DNA of 64,000 nucleotides from a virus (Duplodnaviria; Caudoviricetes): IMG/VR virus record IMGVR_UViG_2795385840_000015, positions 1 to 64,000 of that record; one strand, 5' to 3'. Shown piece by piece: positions 7,620 to 16,961 of this stretch (position 1 is its first letter; each line of letters starts with the position of its first letter). The notes under the pieces were generated by a model. It saw only the letters and a program-made list of their open reading frames with translations, ran no database searches and was not told where the DNA came from. The position numbers and the translations under genes were made by a program.

Positions 7620-7657
7620 AACCCGGCCAGCCTAGGGGGGTGCTGGCCGGGTTTTCT
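7620..7657 (+). terminator. Intrinsic terminator
   Basis: AACCCGGCCAGC/GCTGGCCGGGTT 12-bp stem ending in a T run. Confidence 0.8.
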
Positions 7658-7686
7658 CGTATCTGCACACCATTTTAGGAGTACAC

Positions 7687-8037
7687 ATGTGGCGCATAGC
7701 TGCAATCACTGCCATCTGCGCGGCATTGGGCATCTCTGCCTCTGCCTGCGCGACGAGCAACCAGGAATGGCACCGGGACTGCACGGTGCTGTCTAAAGAC
7801 ACCCTCTACGACACGTCGGGGTCCAATGGCCACACCAGGACGACTCGTAAGAATCGGCTATCGACTAGTTGCGGTGCTTTCTCTGTTGATGACGCTTGGG
7901 AAGTAGGTTCCTTCAATTCATGGGATCTGTGGGCGCGGCTTGAGCAAGGCAAGGTCTACGACCTTAAGACCGGCGGATACCGCAATGGTTTCATGGGCAT
8001 GTTTCCCGTGGTTCTCGAAATTAAGGGGCCTAAGTGA
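7687..8037 (+). CDS. Secreted lipoprotein
   Basis: AGGAG RBS; signal peptide ending ASAC. Confidence 0.75.
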   Translation: MWRIAAITAICAALGISASACATSNQEWHRDCTVLSKDTLYDTSGSNGHTRTTRKNRLSTSCGAFSVDDAWEVGSFNSWDLWARLEQGKVYDLKTGGYRNGFMGMFPVVLEIKGPK

Positions 8038-8219
8038 ACGGCACAATTCGCGTGTTCGACTACCAGGGAAATTCGGAAGCTTATTCCGCTGAATCGGCGC
8101 GGGTAGAGGCCGGTGTTTTGTATGTGGAAAAGGGTCAGACCGTGACGATTGTGAACGCTGATGCGTGGTCTAAGGCAGTCGCAACTGGGGTGAATGATTT
8201 TAGAGGGGGTTACGTTTGA
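8034..8219 (+). CDS. Hypothetical protein
   Basis: GTGA overlap; 61 aa. Confidence 0.6.
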   Translation: MNGTIRVFDYQGNSEAYSAESARVEAGVLYVEKGQTVTIVNADAWSKAVATGVNDFRGGYV

Positions 8220-8243
8220 TTCTTAGGTTGACTGTGGGGGATT

Positions 8244-9083
8244 TTGACTGACCACAGCATTGTTAGGGACCGCTGGGGTAGGCCGTATATCACGCAGAAT
8301 GGGGAGCCGCTGCGCTATAAGCCGGGCGGTAAGACCCCGATTAACGCGGAGGGCTACACGCGCATCTCGACGTTGGCCGGCACTCTTGACGACAAGGGCA
8401 ATCTGTCTGACTGGCTAGCTGCTAGAGCGCTTATGGGCGTTGTGAAGTCAGAAGCTCTGTTCGCGCAGGCCGCACACCTGGTGTCCGCACACAAAGATCC
8501 TTGGGCAGTGCCCGAGGGCAAGAAGCCGCTAAAAGAGTTGGTAGCGAGTGCGCAGGCATTGGGCGGTTCGGAAGATGCGAGCGGGTTAGGTACGGCGTTC
8601 CATGGCCTCTGTGAGGTTCTAGACGAGGGCCGCAAGCCGCAGTATGTGCCACGACAGCTTGAGCCTTGGATTGAAGCCCGCCAGGCGGCTATTGAAGAGT
8701 TCGACCCGGTGCTTATTGAGCCGTTCGTGGTTAATGACGAGTTGAAGAGTGCCGGTAACCCGGACCGATACTTGTTGCATAGGCCAACGGGCATTGTGTA
8801 CGCGGCTGACGATAAGACGGGTTCTAGTGAGCCTGATTTTCCGCTCAAGGTCACGATTCAGGTTGCGATTGCGTCGCGGAGCGTCCTTTATGACCAGAAG
8901 ACCGGTAAGCGCACTCCTATTAAATGTGATCAAAGCAAGGGCTTGCTGGTGCATACGCCTATTCGGGATGTGCGGCCCCGCTCCAATCTGTATTGGCTTG
9001 ATCTAGATAAGGGCTGGGAGTACGCCAAGTTGGCGGTACAGGTGCGCGAGGCTCGCAAGCTACCGAAGCTGACAAGGAAATAG
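8244..9083 (+). CDS. PD-(D/E)XK (RecE/Cas4-like) exonuclease
   Basis: GTAFH, AGNPDR, DDKTG, Q motif; near ERF gene. Confidence 0.8.
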   Translation: MTDHSIVRDRWGRPYITQNGEPLRYKPGGKTPINAEGYTRISTLAGTLDDKGNLSDWLAARALMGVVKSEALFAQAAHLVSAHKDPWAVPEGKKPLKELVASAQALGGSEDASGLGTAFHGLCEVLDEGRKPQYVPRQLEPWIEARQAAIEEFDPVLIEPFVVNDELKSAGNPDRYLLHRPTGIVYAADDKTGSSEPDFPLKVTIQVAIASRSVLYDQKTGKRTPIKCDQSKGLLVHTPIRDVRPRSNLYWLDLDKGWEYAKLAVQVREARKLPKLTRK

Positions 9084-9172
9084 ATGCGCTATGGGCTTAC
9101 TCGGAGAAATAGTTTTGGCCGCATTCCTTATGGGTGTGGTCGTGGCGTATTGGATTATGGCGGAGTGAACTG

Positions 9173-9523
9173 ATGTCTCTAATTGGTGAGAACCTAATTC
9201 GTTTGGTACGAGAAAAGGCGGCGTCTTACCCCGAGTTCGTCTATGACAACAACGGTGTTGCGTGCAGATATGTAGTGAAAGGTAAACCAAGCTGCCTTAT
9301 CGGGCACGCCTTGTGGGGGGCCGATCTGATCGGGCCAGCATTCGAACACAATCAACGTAATCAGGTTGCGTTTGGGCATCTCGTGACGCCCCTTGGGCTT
9401 GCCCTTGATTGGCGGGAAATAGCCTGGTTGAGGCGGGTGCAATTCCTTCAAGACTCCGGCCACGCGTGGGGTGTAGCCGTAAGCGACGCTGATAGAACGT
9501 GCGCACTTAGCGGCACAGGATAG
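9173..9523 (+). CDS. Hypothetical protein
   Basis: CRY...PSCLIGHAL...QFLQDSG.WG phage protein pattern. Confidence 0.65.
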   Translation: MSLIGENLIRLVREKAASYPEFVYDNNGVACRYVVKGKPSCLIGHALWGADLIGPAFEHNQRNQVAFGHLVTPLGLALDWREIAWLRRVQFLQDSGHAWGVAVSDADRTCALSGTG

Positions 9524-9530
9524 GAAGATT

Positions 9531-10292
9531 TTGACCGACGATGAAGTGAAAGAAGAAGTTACTTACGAGGCGATCATTTCGCGTCTCGATGAGCTTGAAA
9601 ACAAGCTGAAAGACCCGGCCCATTACGACCCGACCCCGACCGTCTATGAGGCGTGGGGCCGGGTTATGGATGAGGTTAGGTCCATCGGCAAGGAGTCGCG
9701 GAACGCGCAGCAGGGCTTCAACTTCCGTGGCATCGATGCAGTAATGGATGCGGTTGGCCCGGTGCTCCGAAAGCACGGCGTGACGGTGGTCCCTATCGCT
9801 ATCGAGCACGAAGCGGAACGGTACGAGACCGCCAAGGGCGGCAAGATGGTTAACCGCATCGCTAAGGTGCAGTTCACCGTATTCGGGCCACGAGGCGATC
9901 ATTTCGGCGGCGTCACGTACGGCGAGGCCGCCGATTCCGGTGATAAGGCGATGACTAAGGCCGAATCAGTGGCGCTGCGGACATTCCTGTTGCAGGCGTT
10001 GATGATTCCGACTGGTGATCCCGATCCTGATGCCGAGTCGCATGAGCGGGCCACGTTTGCACGTCCTGGCGCTAAGTCTGCCGCACCTGCCAAGGCTAAG
10101 GCACCGTCTGCTGCCGATAAGGCACGAGACGACTTGAGGGCCGTTGCAGCCGAGAATGAGTGGGATCTAGAACGGGTTGCGGCAACGTTCACTAAGAACA
10201 ATGCGGGCAAGTCGCTGAAGACTGCTACCGCTGATGTGGTTAAGGCGTTCACGGCTGCTCTTGTGGGTGGGGTGGTGACACTCGATGAATAG
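9531..10292 (+). CDS. ERF-family ssDNA annealing protein
   Basis: FNFRGIDAV..AVGPVLRKHG and DSGDKA..KA.S.A.R motifs. Confidence 0.85.
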   Translation: MTDDEVKEEVTYEAIISRLDELENKLKDPAHYDPTPTVYEAWGRVMDEVRSIGKESRNAQQGFNFRGIDAVMDAVGPVLRKHGVTVVPIAIEHEAERYETAKGGKMVNRIAKVQFTVFGPRGDHFGGVTYGEAADSGDKAMTKAESVALRTFLLQALMIPTGDPDPDAESHERATFARPGAKSAAPAKAKAPSAADKARDDLRAVAAENEWDLERVAATFTKNNAGKSLKTATADVVKAFTAALVGGVVTLDE

Positions 10293-10455
10293 CAACTGGT
10301 GGAAACCGTCGCTTGGACCTGACTGCGACAACAAGTGTGGCCGCAAGGCCACGCACGCAGTCGGTTTCGTGGACCACCTGCTCCTGTGTGCGAGCTGCCT
10401 TAGTTGGGGTCAGATTCGCCGGAGGTGGCATAAAGAGCCTGTGCAGGTGATCTAG
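10285..10455 (+). CDS. Small Cys-rich protein (not in ORF track)
   Basis: MNSNWWKP...CDNKCG...LCASC; fills the gap between neighbours. Confidence 0.5.
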   Translation: MNSNWWKPSLGPDCDNKCGRKATHAVGFVDHLLLCASCLSWGQIRRRWHKEPVQVI

Positions 10456-10802
10456 TGGCGGAACCGACTAATCCGGTTGAGATTGAGTCGCGTATCCGTG
10501 ATGTGGTGGCCTTTATTTCCAAGGGCACCAAGGTGGTTCGGCAAGCTCGCGACGAGTATTTGGCCGCTAAGCGGGCCTATCAGCTCGGGTTGGCGGCGTC
10601 TCGCCAATCAGAGCAGGGCACACGCGCGGACCGCGAAGACAAGGCGCTACTTGCTAACGCCGAGCTATGGGAATCCATGGATACCGCCGAGGTCACCATG
10701 AAATACGCGCAGGACAAGAAATCAGACCTGGAGTCTGAGCTGTCCGGTTTGCAAACGTCGGCGCGGCTAATTGCGCAGGAATACAACGTTTCTGGCCGCT
10801 GA
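10455..10802 (+). CDS. Coiled-coil protein, possible recombination accessory
   Basis: Helical 115 aa; downstream of ERF gene. Confidence 0.6.
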   Translation: MAEPTNPVEIESRIRDVVAFISKGTKVVRQARDEYLAAKRAYQLGLAASRQSEQGTRADREDKALLANAELWESMDTAEVTMKYAQDKKSDLESELSGLQTSARLIAQEYNVSGR

Positions 10803-10832
10803 CGGTACTAACTACGAAAGGACTTTAATCAA

Positions 10833-11069
10833 ATGGTCAAGCTCAAGGTGGAACTGACGCCCTCGGAGGCGCTGATCGTGACGATGGCTCTTAAGCTGAT
10901 GTCCAACACCGTCAACGATCCTAAGTGCAAGGACTTGCACGGCCCGGATGCCGTCAAGAAACTCGAAAGTACTTGTGATCGTGTCACGGAACTGATCAGC
11001 GCGGAGGCGGCTAAGGCTCTGGTTGGGAAGATCACCGGGCTTAGTGATCTGATCGATAAGAAGGTTTGA
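10833..11069 (+). CDS. Hypothetical protein
   Basis: AAGGA RBS. Confidence 0.65.
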   Translation: MVKLKVELTPSEALIVTMALKLMSNTVNDPKCKDLHGPDAVKKLESTCDRVTELISAEAAKALVGKITGLSDLIDKKV

Positions 11070-11395
11070 ACGAAAAGCAGTGCCGCAAGGTAGTTCAAGA
11101 ACGCTCTGAGGGGTTCTGTGAGCGCTGCTGCCGCTCCGGAGCCCTGTCTATGCATCACCGCAAGAAACGCGGTCAGGGTGGCCCGTGGAGTCCAGAAAAC
11201 ATAGTCGCCGTGTGCGGCTCCGGCACCACGGGTTGCCATGGCTGGATTGAACATAACCCGGATGCTGCGGCTATCGAGGGTTTCCATGTGCGGCCTTGGC
11301 AGGAACCGGCAGAGGTGCCGCTACTCAGGCGCGGTTCAGATTGGGTGCTGCTGACCAAATTCGGCAGCCTCGTAACTCAAGAGGTTCTTTTCTGA
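11066..11395 (+). CDS. HNH-type endonuclease
   Basis: CERC...HHR...N..AVCG...CHGWI. Confidence 0.8.
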   Translation: MNEKQCRKVVQERSEGFCERCCRSGALSMHHRKKRGQGGPWSPENIVAVCGSGTTGCHGWIEHNPDAAAIEGFHVRPWQEPAEVPLLRRGSDWVLLTKFGSLVTQEVLF

Positions 11396-11751
11396 TGACC
11401 GAGATTGGACTATTTGAAGTACCCGATGACGCCTACGTGGTTCCACCCCTACCAGAACAGTCCACAGCCAGTGAGCGACGCAAACGGCTGATTCAGACAC
11501 GCATTGCGAGGGGCGAGCACCCGTTAGGTAAGTCGATAAGGCTGCACGACCAGGCCGCCCGCGTGCGGGGAGGCGAAGGTCTGAAATGCGGGGATTGCGT
11601 GTACCGGGTGATGAGACGGTGGCCGAAATGCCTAATCCCGCTAGAGGCGGGAGGACGGGTTACTTACCCGCGTGAAACAGGGTCCGAATCGTCCGACGTT
11701 CGGGCCTGGTGGCCAGCTTGCGCTGGATTCAAGGCAAGGGATGAAGAGTGA
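11395..11751 (+). CDS. Hypothetical Cys-containing protein
   Basis: TGATG overlap; CGDC...C...WPAC. Confidence 0.65.
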   Translation: MTEIGLFEVPDDAYVVPPLPEQSTASERRKRLIQTRIARGEHPLGKSIRLHDQAARVRGGEGLKCGDCVYRVMRRWPKCLIPLEAGGRVTYPRETGSESSDVRAWWPACAGFKARDEE

Positions 11752-12410
11752 GTGATAACGGCAGGATTCACCGGGAGTTCTGGAACCACCCCAAAGCCAA
11801 AGCGGCCGGGAATGCGGCAATCGGGCTGTGGGCGCGCGCAAACTCGCGCTGCCGATACGACAGGACAGCCGGCCACGTCTCAGAGTCCGTAGCCATGGAG
11901 CTAGGCACAAGGGAAGAGATTGACGCTCTTGTGCGTGAACGGCTTTGGGTAAAGACCAGCTCCGGATATGTGATGAAGGACTACGCCCACTGGAACGATG
12001 ACGTAGAACCGGACACCGCTGCCGGGGCGTTGGTGCGTGAGGTTGTGCCGGTCGAGCATCCATCCGCTATCCGTAAGCAATTAGCGCGGCGTGCAGCCGA
12101 GTTGATCGCGGAGGGTATCGACCTGGAACACGTCAAGCGTGGCCTGATTCTGTGGACGGAAAAGGATCTGTCTCCGGCGTTACTGCCGTCGCTGGTGTCG
12201 CAGGCGATGAACACCCACAAGCACACCCAATCCCTGCTGAACGTGCTTAGGGACTGCTGGCGTACCGGGGATGTAACCCCGCTTAAGCCATTTGGGTTTG
12301 TGTTCACGGTCCCCGATCTGCCTAGCGGCCTTAGCGCTGATACGCGCCGTGAGTGCATCCGGCAGGCCCAAAAGAATTGGCTACTTGAGGTTAAAGAAAG
12401 GGTTAAGTGA
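11748..12410 (+). CDS. Putative replication initiator/helicase-loader-like protein
   Basis: FWNHPK...AIGLW...LV..RLW N-terminus; directly upstream of DnaB. Confidence 0.5.
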   Translation: MSDNGRIHREFWNHPKAKAAGNAAIGLWARANSRCRYDRTAGHVSESVAMELGTREEIDALVRERLWVKTSSGYVMKDYAHWNDDVEPDTAAGALVREVVPVEHPSAIRKQLARRAAELIAEGIDLEHVKRGLILWTEKDLSPALLPSLVSQAMNTHKHTQSLLNVLRDCWRTGDVTPLKPFGFVFTVPDLPSGLSADTRRECIRQAQKNWLLEVKERVK

Positions 12411-13678
12411 CGGACGAGGACCGTATTCCGAAAGACATCACAGCGGAACAGTCCGCGTTGGGCGCGATGATGCTCAACGAGAAAGCCTTAGCCGAGGTTT
12501 CCGAGGTTTTGAAGCCTGACGACTTCTACCGGCCTAACCATGGGGTCGTCTTCACGGCGATTGTGGATACTTGGCTCTCCGGCGTTGACGTTGACCCGGT
12601 GACAGTAGCGGCCCAGCTCGACAGGGCGGGGAAGCTAACCAGGGTTGGCGGCGCGCCGTATCTGCATACGCTGATATCGACGGTGCCGACCCCCGAGTTT
12701 GGGTTGCAGTACGCGGAGATTGTTGCGGGTAAGGCCCGGCTGCGGCGTCTCGGTGAATTAGGTGTGCGGCTAAGGCAATTGGCTTCTAACGATGTCCCGG
12801 TCGAGGACATGGACGCGATGGTTGCGCAGGCCGAGAAGTTCTTTCGTGATGTACAACAGGCAGAGAAGTCCGCGCAGGACTTTGACCAGCTCGTCACATC
12901 GTGGAATGCCTGGTATGAGGGCGAGGCCGGTAAGCCTATCCCGACGCCTTGGCCAGGTCTCAATGACCGCCTGAATGGTGGTCTACAGCGTGGCCGAGTG
13001 TATGTGGTCGCGGCGAGGCCAGGAGTCGGTAAAAGTGTTGCCACTACGCAGCTTTCGCAGTTTGTAGCGTATCGAGATTTCCAGTCGGTTGTTATCTCGC
13101 TTGAGATGTCGGCGAATGAGGTTATGACGCGGATTCTGGCGCAGGGCGCGGACGTGAACCTTACGGATCTGGCGCGGCGGCGACTGGACATTGAGGCATC
13201 GAATCGGGTGGCCAAGTTCACCGAAGAGAACAAGGGGCTGCCGCTGCAAATTGTTGACCGAGAACAGATCACGGTTGAGCAGATCGTGGCCCACTGTCGC
13301 GCTCGGGGCAAGGTTGATGTGTTGGTGGTCGATTACTTGCAGCTGATCGAGCCATCCGATAAGCGGGTGTCTCGACAAGAGCAGGTGGCGCACTTTAGCC
13401 GCACGCTCAAGATGGCTGCACGTGAGTTGAACGCGGCGGTTGTGGTGGCTGCGCAGCTGAATCGTGGGCCGGTTAAGGACGGTAAGCCTCGCGCGCCGAC
13501 GATTGCGGATCTACGCGAGTCGGGCGCGATTGAACAGGACGCGGATTGCGTGATTCTGCTGCACACAGATGAAGACGACCCCGGATTTGTGCAGATGATC
13601 GTAGGCAAGAATAGGCAGGGAAAATTGGGAGACCTCGTTATGCAATTCGAGGGAAATTATGCCCGTATAACGCAATGA
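12407..13678 (+). CDS. dnaB: Replicative DNA helicase
   Basis: AEQSALG, ARPGVGKS (Walker A), VDYLQL, QLNR, DLRESGAIEQDAD, KNRQG. Confidence 0.97.
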   Translation: MTDEDRIPKDITAEQSALGAMMLNEKALAEVSEVLKPDDFYRPNHGVVFTAIVDTWLSGVDVDPVTVAAQLDRAGKLTRVGGAPYLHTLISTVPTPEFGLQYAEIVAGKARLRRLGELGVRLRQLASNDVPVEDMDAMVAQAEKFFRDVQQAEKSAQDFDQLVTSWNAWYEGEAGKPIPTPWPGLNDRLNGGLQRGRVYVVAARPGVGKSVATTQLSQFVAYRDFQSVVISLEMSANEVMTRILAQGADVNLTDLARRRLDIEASNRVAKFTEENKGLPLQIVDREQITVEQIVAHCRARGKVDVLVVDYLQLIEPSDKRVSRQEQVAHFSRTLKMAARELNAAVVVAAQLNRGPVKDGKPRAPTIADLRESGAIEQDADCVILLHTDEDDPGFVQMIVGKNRQGKLGDLVMQFEGNYARITQ

Positions 13679-13938
13679 GCCGGGATCTTCAACGGCTCAT
13701 GTCGCAGAGGCCGGAGGATTGGCAGTCTGCCGCTGTATGTCACGGGGATGACAGGTTCACCAAGGCGCGTTCGCAGCTTTCCGATAGGGATCTATTGGAG
13801 CTTGAGGACGTGTGTTTGTCGTGCCCTGTGTTTGTGAAGTGTCTTGATGAATGGGTTCCGAGTGTAGTTCCTGGAGGTGCTACTGATGTTTTCGCGGCGG
13901 GCGAATGGCGAGAAGCCGAGGGAAGTGAAATGCAGTGA
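13675..13938 (+). CDS. WhiB-like transcription factor
   Basis: WQSAAVC...VCLSCPVFVKC; degenerate GVWGG (DVFAA). Confidence 0.65.
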   Translation: MSRDLQRLMSQRPEDWQSAAVCHGDDRFTKARSQLSDRDLLELEDVCLSCPVFVKCLDEWVPSVVPGGATDVFAAGEWREAEGSEMQ

Positions 13939-14170
13939 CCGAGACCTAATATCGGCGCTTATCTACAAGCATACGGCCTTGGTGTTTAACGCCCGGACGG
14001 AAGTTGCAGCGGGAACGAAATACAGCCCTAGCGAGACCTCTTGCCTGGCTGCGGCTGATTCGATTTTGGAGTTGGTATATGGCCTCAAGTCGTCGGACGG
14101 CCCGAGCCTGGAAGAACGAGTATCCCGATTAGAGAAATGGGCTAAGGGCGAAATTGGAGCACTGCCGTGA
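13928..14170 (+). CDS. Hypothetical protein
   Basis: ORF filling the gap; start uncertain. Confidence 0.5.
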   Translation, partial: KCSDRDLISALIYKHTALVFNARTEVAAGTKYSPSETSCLAAADSILELVYGLKSSDGPSLEERVSRLEKWAKGEIGALP

Positions 14171-14281
14171 TTTGCCTGCGATGCGAAAGATACGCCTACC
14201 GCGTGAGCAACGGTATCTGTGATCAATGCGAGGACGAGATTTATTACGGTTCACTCGCGGAATGCGAAGAGGAATACGAAC

Positions 14282-15133
14282 GTGACAATTAGTTTTAAAG
14301 CTTACGTGCAAGGTCGGGGAACCTTTAGTAACGTCGCTGAACCTTTCCAGTTTCCGGGCGGTGAATGGCACTTAAGGAACATCCACACCTACCCGAATAG
14401 TCGGGTGACATGGATTGCGGATGTGCGCGGCGCGGACCCCAACGACTTGGTTAAGGCCGCGCTGCTGGCCACACACGCCCAATACAGGATGCAGCCGTTC
14501 GTGCTCATGCTGCCCTACCTGCCCGCTGCCCGCGCTGACCGTGGCACACCTAAGGGTGCTGCCGCCTATGCGCGGCTTGCCAATTCGCTTGGCGCACAAT
14601 CCATTATCGCTGTGGACGGGCATTCGGAAATTGGGGTTAGGCCATACAGGAATGTGATCGAACTGGATGCGACCGCCTTCATTGACCGGGCTTTGATGGG
14701 GCGCAGGTATGACGCTGTGATTGCCCCAGACAAGGGGGCACTGCCGCGCGCTAGCGCCATCGCCGCGCACTTGGGCTGCCCGGCGGTGAGGGCTGAGAAG
14801 GAACGCGATTTCGCTACGGGTCGGATTACCGGGATGCGGATGCTCGGTGCCACGCCTAAAGACTGGCGCTACCTGGTTGTCGATGACATCTGTGACGGTG
14901 GTGGCACATTCGTTGGCCTAGCCCAAATGTTGAACCTGCCAAAGGATCAGCTCGACCTGTGGGTTACGCACGGCATCTTCTCCGGCAAGGCCGGTCAGCT
15001 GCATGACCACTACGGGCGGATCTACACAACGGACTCACACCCTGGCGCTTACACGGGTGCGGTTAGACCGTTATCGATTGTTCCGACCTTCCCAATCATG
15101 TTCAACGCTATGAGAAATGGACTATCCAAGTGA
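14282..15133 (+). CDS. Prs-like pyrophosphokinase (NARP1 Adps-like)
   Basis: FPGGE, PYLPAARADR, APDKGA, VVDDICDGGGTF, THGIFS. Confidence 0.9.
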   Translation: MTISFKAYVQGRGTFSNVAEPFQFPGGEWHLRNIHTYPNSRVTWIADVRGADPNDLVKAALLATHAQYRMQPFVLMLPYLPAARADRGTPKGAAAYARLANSLGAQSIIAVDGHSEIGVRPYRNVIELDATAFIDRALMGRRYDAVIAPDKGALPRASAIAAHLGCPAVRAEKERDFATGRITGMRMLGATPKDWRYLVVDDICDGGGTFVGLAQMLNLPKDQLDLWVTHGIFSGKAGQLHDHYGRIYTTDSHPGAYTGAVRPLSIVPTFPIMFNAMRNGLSK

Positions 15134-16629
15134 GTGTTGACTACGCGCCCGTGGCTCCGCTATTCCACACGGACGCATACAAACTGGATCACCGCAGGCA
15201 ATATGCGCTAAGCGGAAACGTCACGCGGGTGTACTCGAACTACACCAACCGCAAGAGCCGAATCCCTGGTGTTGACAAGGTGGTTCATTTCGGGTTGCAG
15301 GCTTACATCCAGCGGTACCTGATGGATGAGTTCGTGCCGTTCTTCAATGCGGATGAAGTCGATGTGGTGATCGCCTACCTGAACCGGATCAAGCAGATTC
15401 TTGGAGAGGGTGCAGCGCTCGGCATCGGGTACGACCATGTACTCGCCTTGCATGGTTTGGGATACCTGCCGTTGCGGTTCTGCGCGGTCCCTGAGGGCAC
15501 GCTAGTTCCTATCGGTGTGCCCTCATTCACGGTGGAGAACACGCACCCTGATTTCGCCTGGTTGACCAACTTTGTTGAGACAGGGCTATCCGCCGGCCTT
15601 TGGCAAGCGAGCACGTCAGCGACCATCGCGCACGAATACCGCAAAGTCTTGGAGAGTGCGGCCCTGCGGACTGGCGGTGACCCTACCGATATCGACTGGC
15701 AGTGTCATGACTTCTCGTATCGGGGCATGTCCTCGCATGAGTCGGCGGCGGTGTCCGGTGCGGCGCACCTCCTGTCATTCACGGGTACCGACTCCCTGGT
15801 GTCGCTCGATTGGATTGAGCGCTACTACGGCGGGCCATACCAGGTGTCCAGCGTGCCCGCTACCGAACATTCGGTGATGTGCACAGGTATTGCGACGCTG
15901 GGGGAGCAAGAGACGTTCTCGCGCCTCCTGGATCTGTATCCGACTGGAACGGTCGCAGTCGTGGCAGACACGTTCGATCTGTGGCGGGTGCTCACTGAGT
16001 ACTTACCGGCTCTAAGGGACAAGGTTTGTGCCCGCGACGGCAAGCTGGTCATTCGGCCCGACTCGGGAGACCCCGAGACGATCCTGTGCGGTGATGAGAA
16101 TGCGCCCACTGGTTCGCCGCAGTGGATGGGCGTACTGGGCCTGCTTTACGAGCATTTCGGTGGACGCAAGAACATCGCCGGGTTCATCGAGCTGAATCCT
16201 AAAGTCGGTGCGATCTACGGTGATTCGATCACATTGGATCGGGCTAGGTCCATCACGGCGCGCATGGAGAAACTGGGCTACGCGTCTACGAATGTTGTGT
16301 TTGGTGTGGGTTCCTTTACGTACCAGTACAACACACGGGACACGTTTGGTTCTGCGATGAAGGCGACTTGGGTTGAGGTTGACGGTCGGGGCGTGAACCT
16401 GCTTAAGGACCCGGTTACCGATGACGGGACTAAGAAGTCTGCAACTGGCCGTCTGGCGGTCTTGGAACGCCCGCAGCGAGGCAATGCCCAAATGCGCATG
16501 TACCTGATGGAGAAGGCGGGACTTTTCGCTGAGTCGAACAGTTTGTTACAGCCGGTGTGGGAAAACGGGGAATTCATTAAGCGCCAGACGTTTTCGGATG
16601 TGCGCAAGATACTTAAGGAGCAAGAGTGA
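15130..16629 (+). CDS. Nampt-like transferase (NARP1 Namat-like)
   Basis: TDAYKLDH, HDFSYRG, ATEHSVM, RPDSGDP, IYGDSI, GVGSFTYQ, KDPVTD..KKS. Confidence 0.92.
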   Translation: MSVDYAPVAPLFHTDAYKLDHRRQYALSGNVTRVYSNYTNRKSRIPGVDKVVHFGLQAYIQRYLMDEFVPFFNADEVDVVIAYLNRIKQILGEGAALGIGYDHVLALHGLGYLPLRFCAVPEGTLVPIGVPSFTVENTHPDFAWLTNFVETGLSAGLWQASTSATIAHEYRKVLESAALRTGGDPTDIDWQCHDFSYRGMSSHESAAVSGAAHLLSFTGTDSLVSLDWIERYYGGPYQVSSVPATEHSVMCTGIATLGEQETFSRLLDLYPTGTVAVVADTFDLWRVLTEYLPALRDKVCARDGKLVIRPDSGDPETILCGDENAPTGSPQWMGVLGLLYEHFGGRKNIAGFIELNPKVGAIYGDSITLDRARSITARMEKLGYASTNVVFGVGSFTYQYNTRDTFGSAMKATWVEVDGRGVNLLKDPVTDDGTKKSATGRLAVLERPQRGNAQMRMYLMEKAGLFAESNSLLQPVWENGEFIKRQTFSDVRKILKEQE

Positions 16630-16961
16630 GTGAAGTAGTGACGGATCAGTTGGAGTTCCCCAAGCTGCCGAGATTTCACAAGTGGAGCGTACGGTACGAC
16701 CCAACGTTTAACGCGCCTCGGTTGCACGTAAAGATCAAGTTTATAGGTCTTTTCGTGTGCGAGGAGCACTCCTCATGGTTTGACGGTGAAGCGACGCCGG
16801 AACGGCTACGCCTTAAGGCCATTCTTATTGCCAAGCTAGTACATGCCAATTTTGAGCGAGACCGTCGGCGCGACCGCAGTTTGGGCGCTCTGCGCGCTGC
16901 CGCTGCCGAGGTTGAGCGGGATCTAAACAGTGGTGATCCACGGAAAGTTGCCGATAAGTGA
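16626..16961 (+). CDS. Hypothetical protein
   Basis: GTGA overlaps on both sides. Confidence 0.6.
   Translation: MSEVVTDQLEFPKLPRFHKWSVRYDPTFNAPRLHVKIKFIGLFVCEEHSSWFDGEATPERLRLKAILIAKLVHANFERDRRRDRSLGALRAAAAEVERDLNSGDPRKVADK

Noticed and set aside
15130-16629. Ordinary NadV salvage or NARP2
   Set aside because: No NMN adenylyltransferase in the window; coupling to a Prs-like gene fits NARP1 better.
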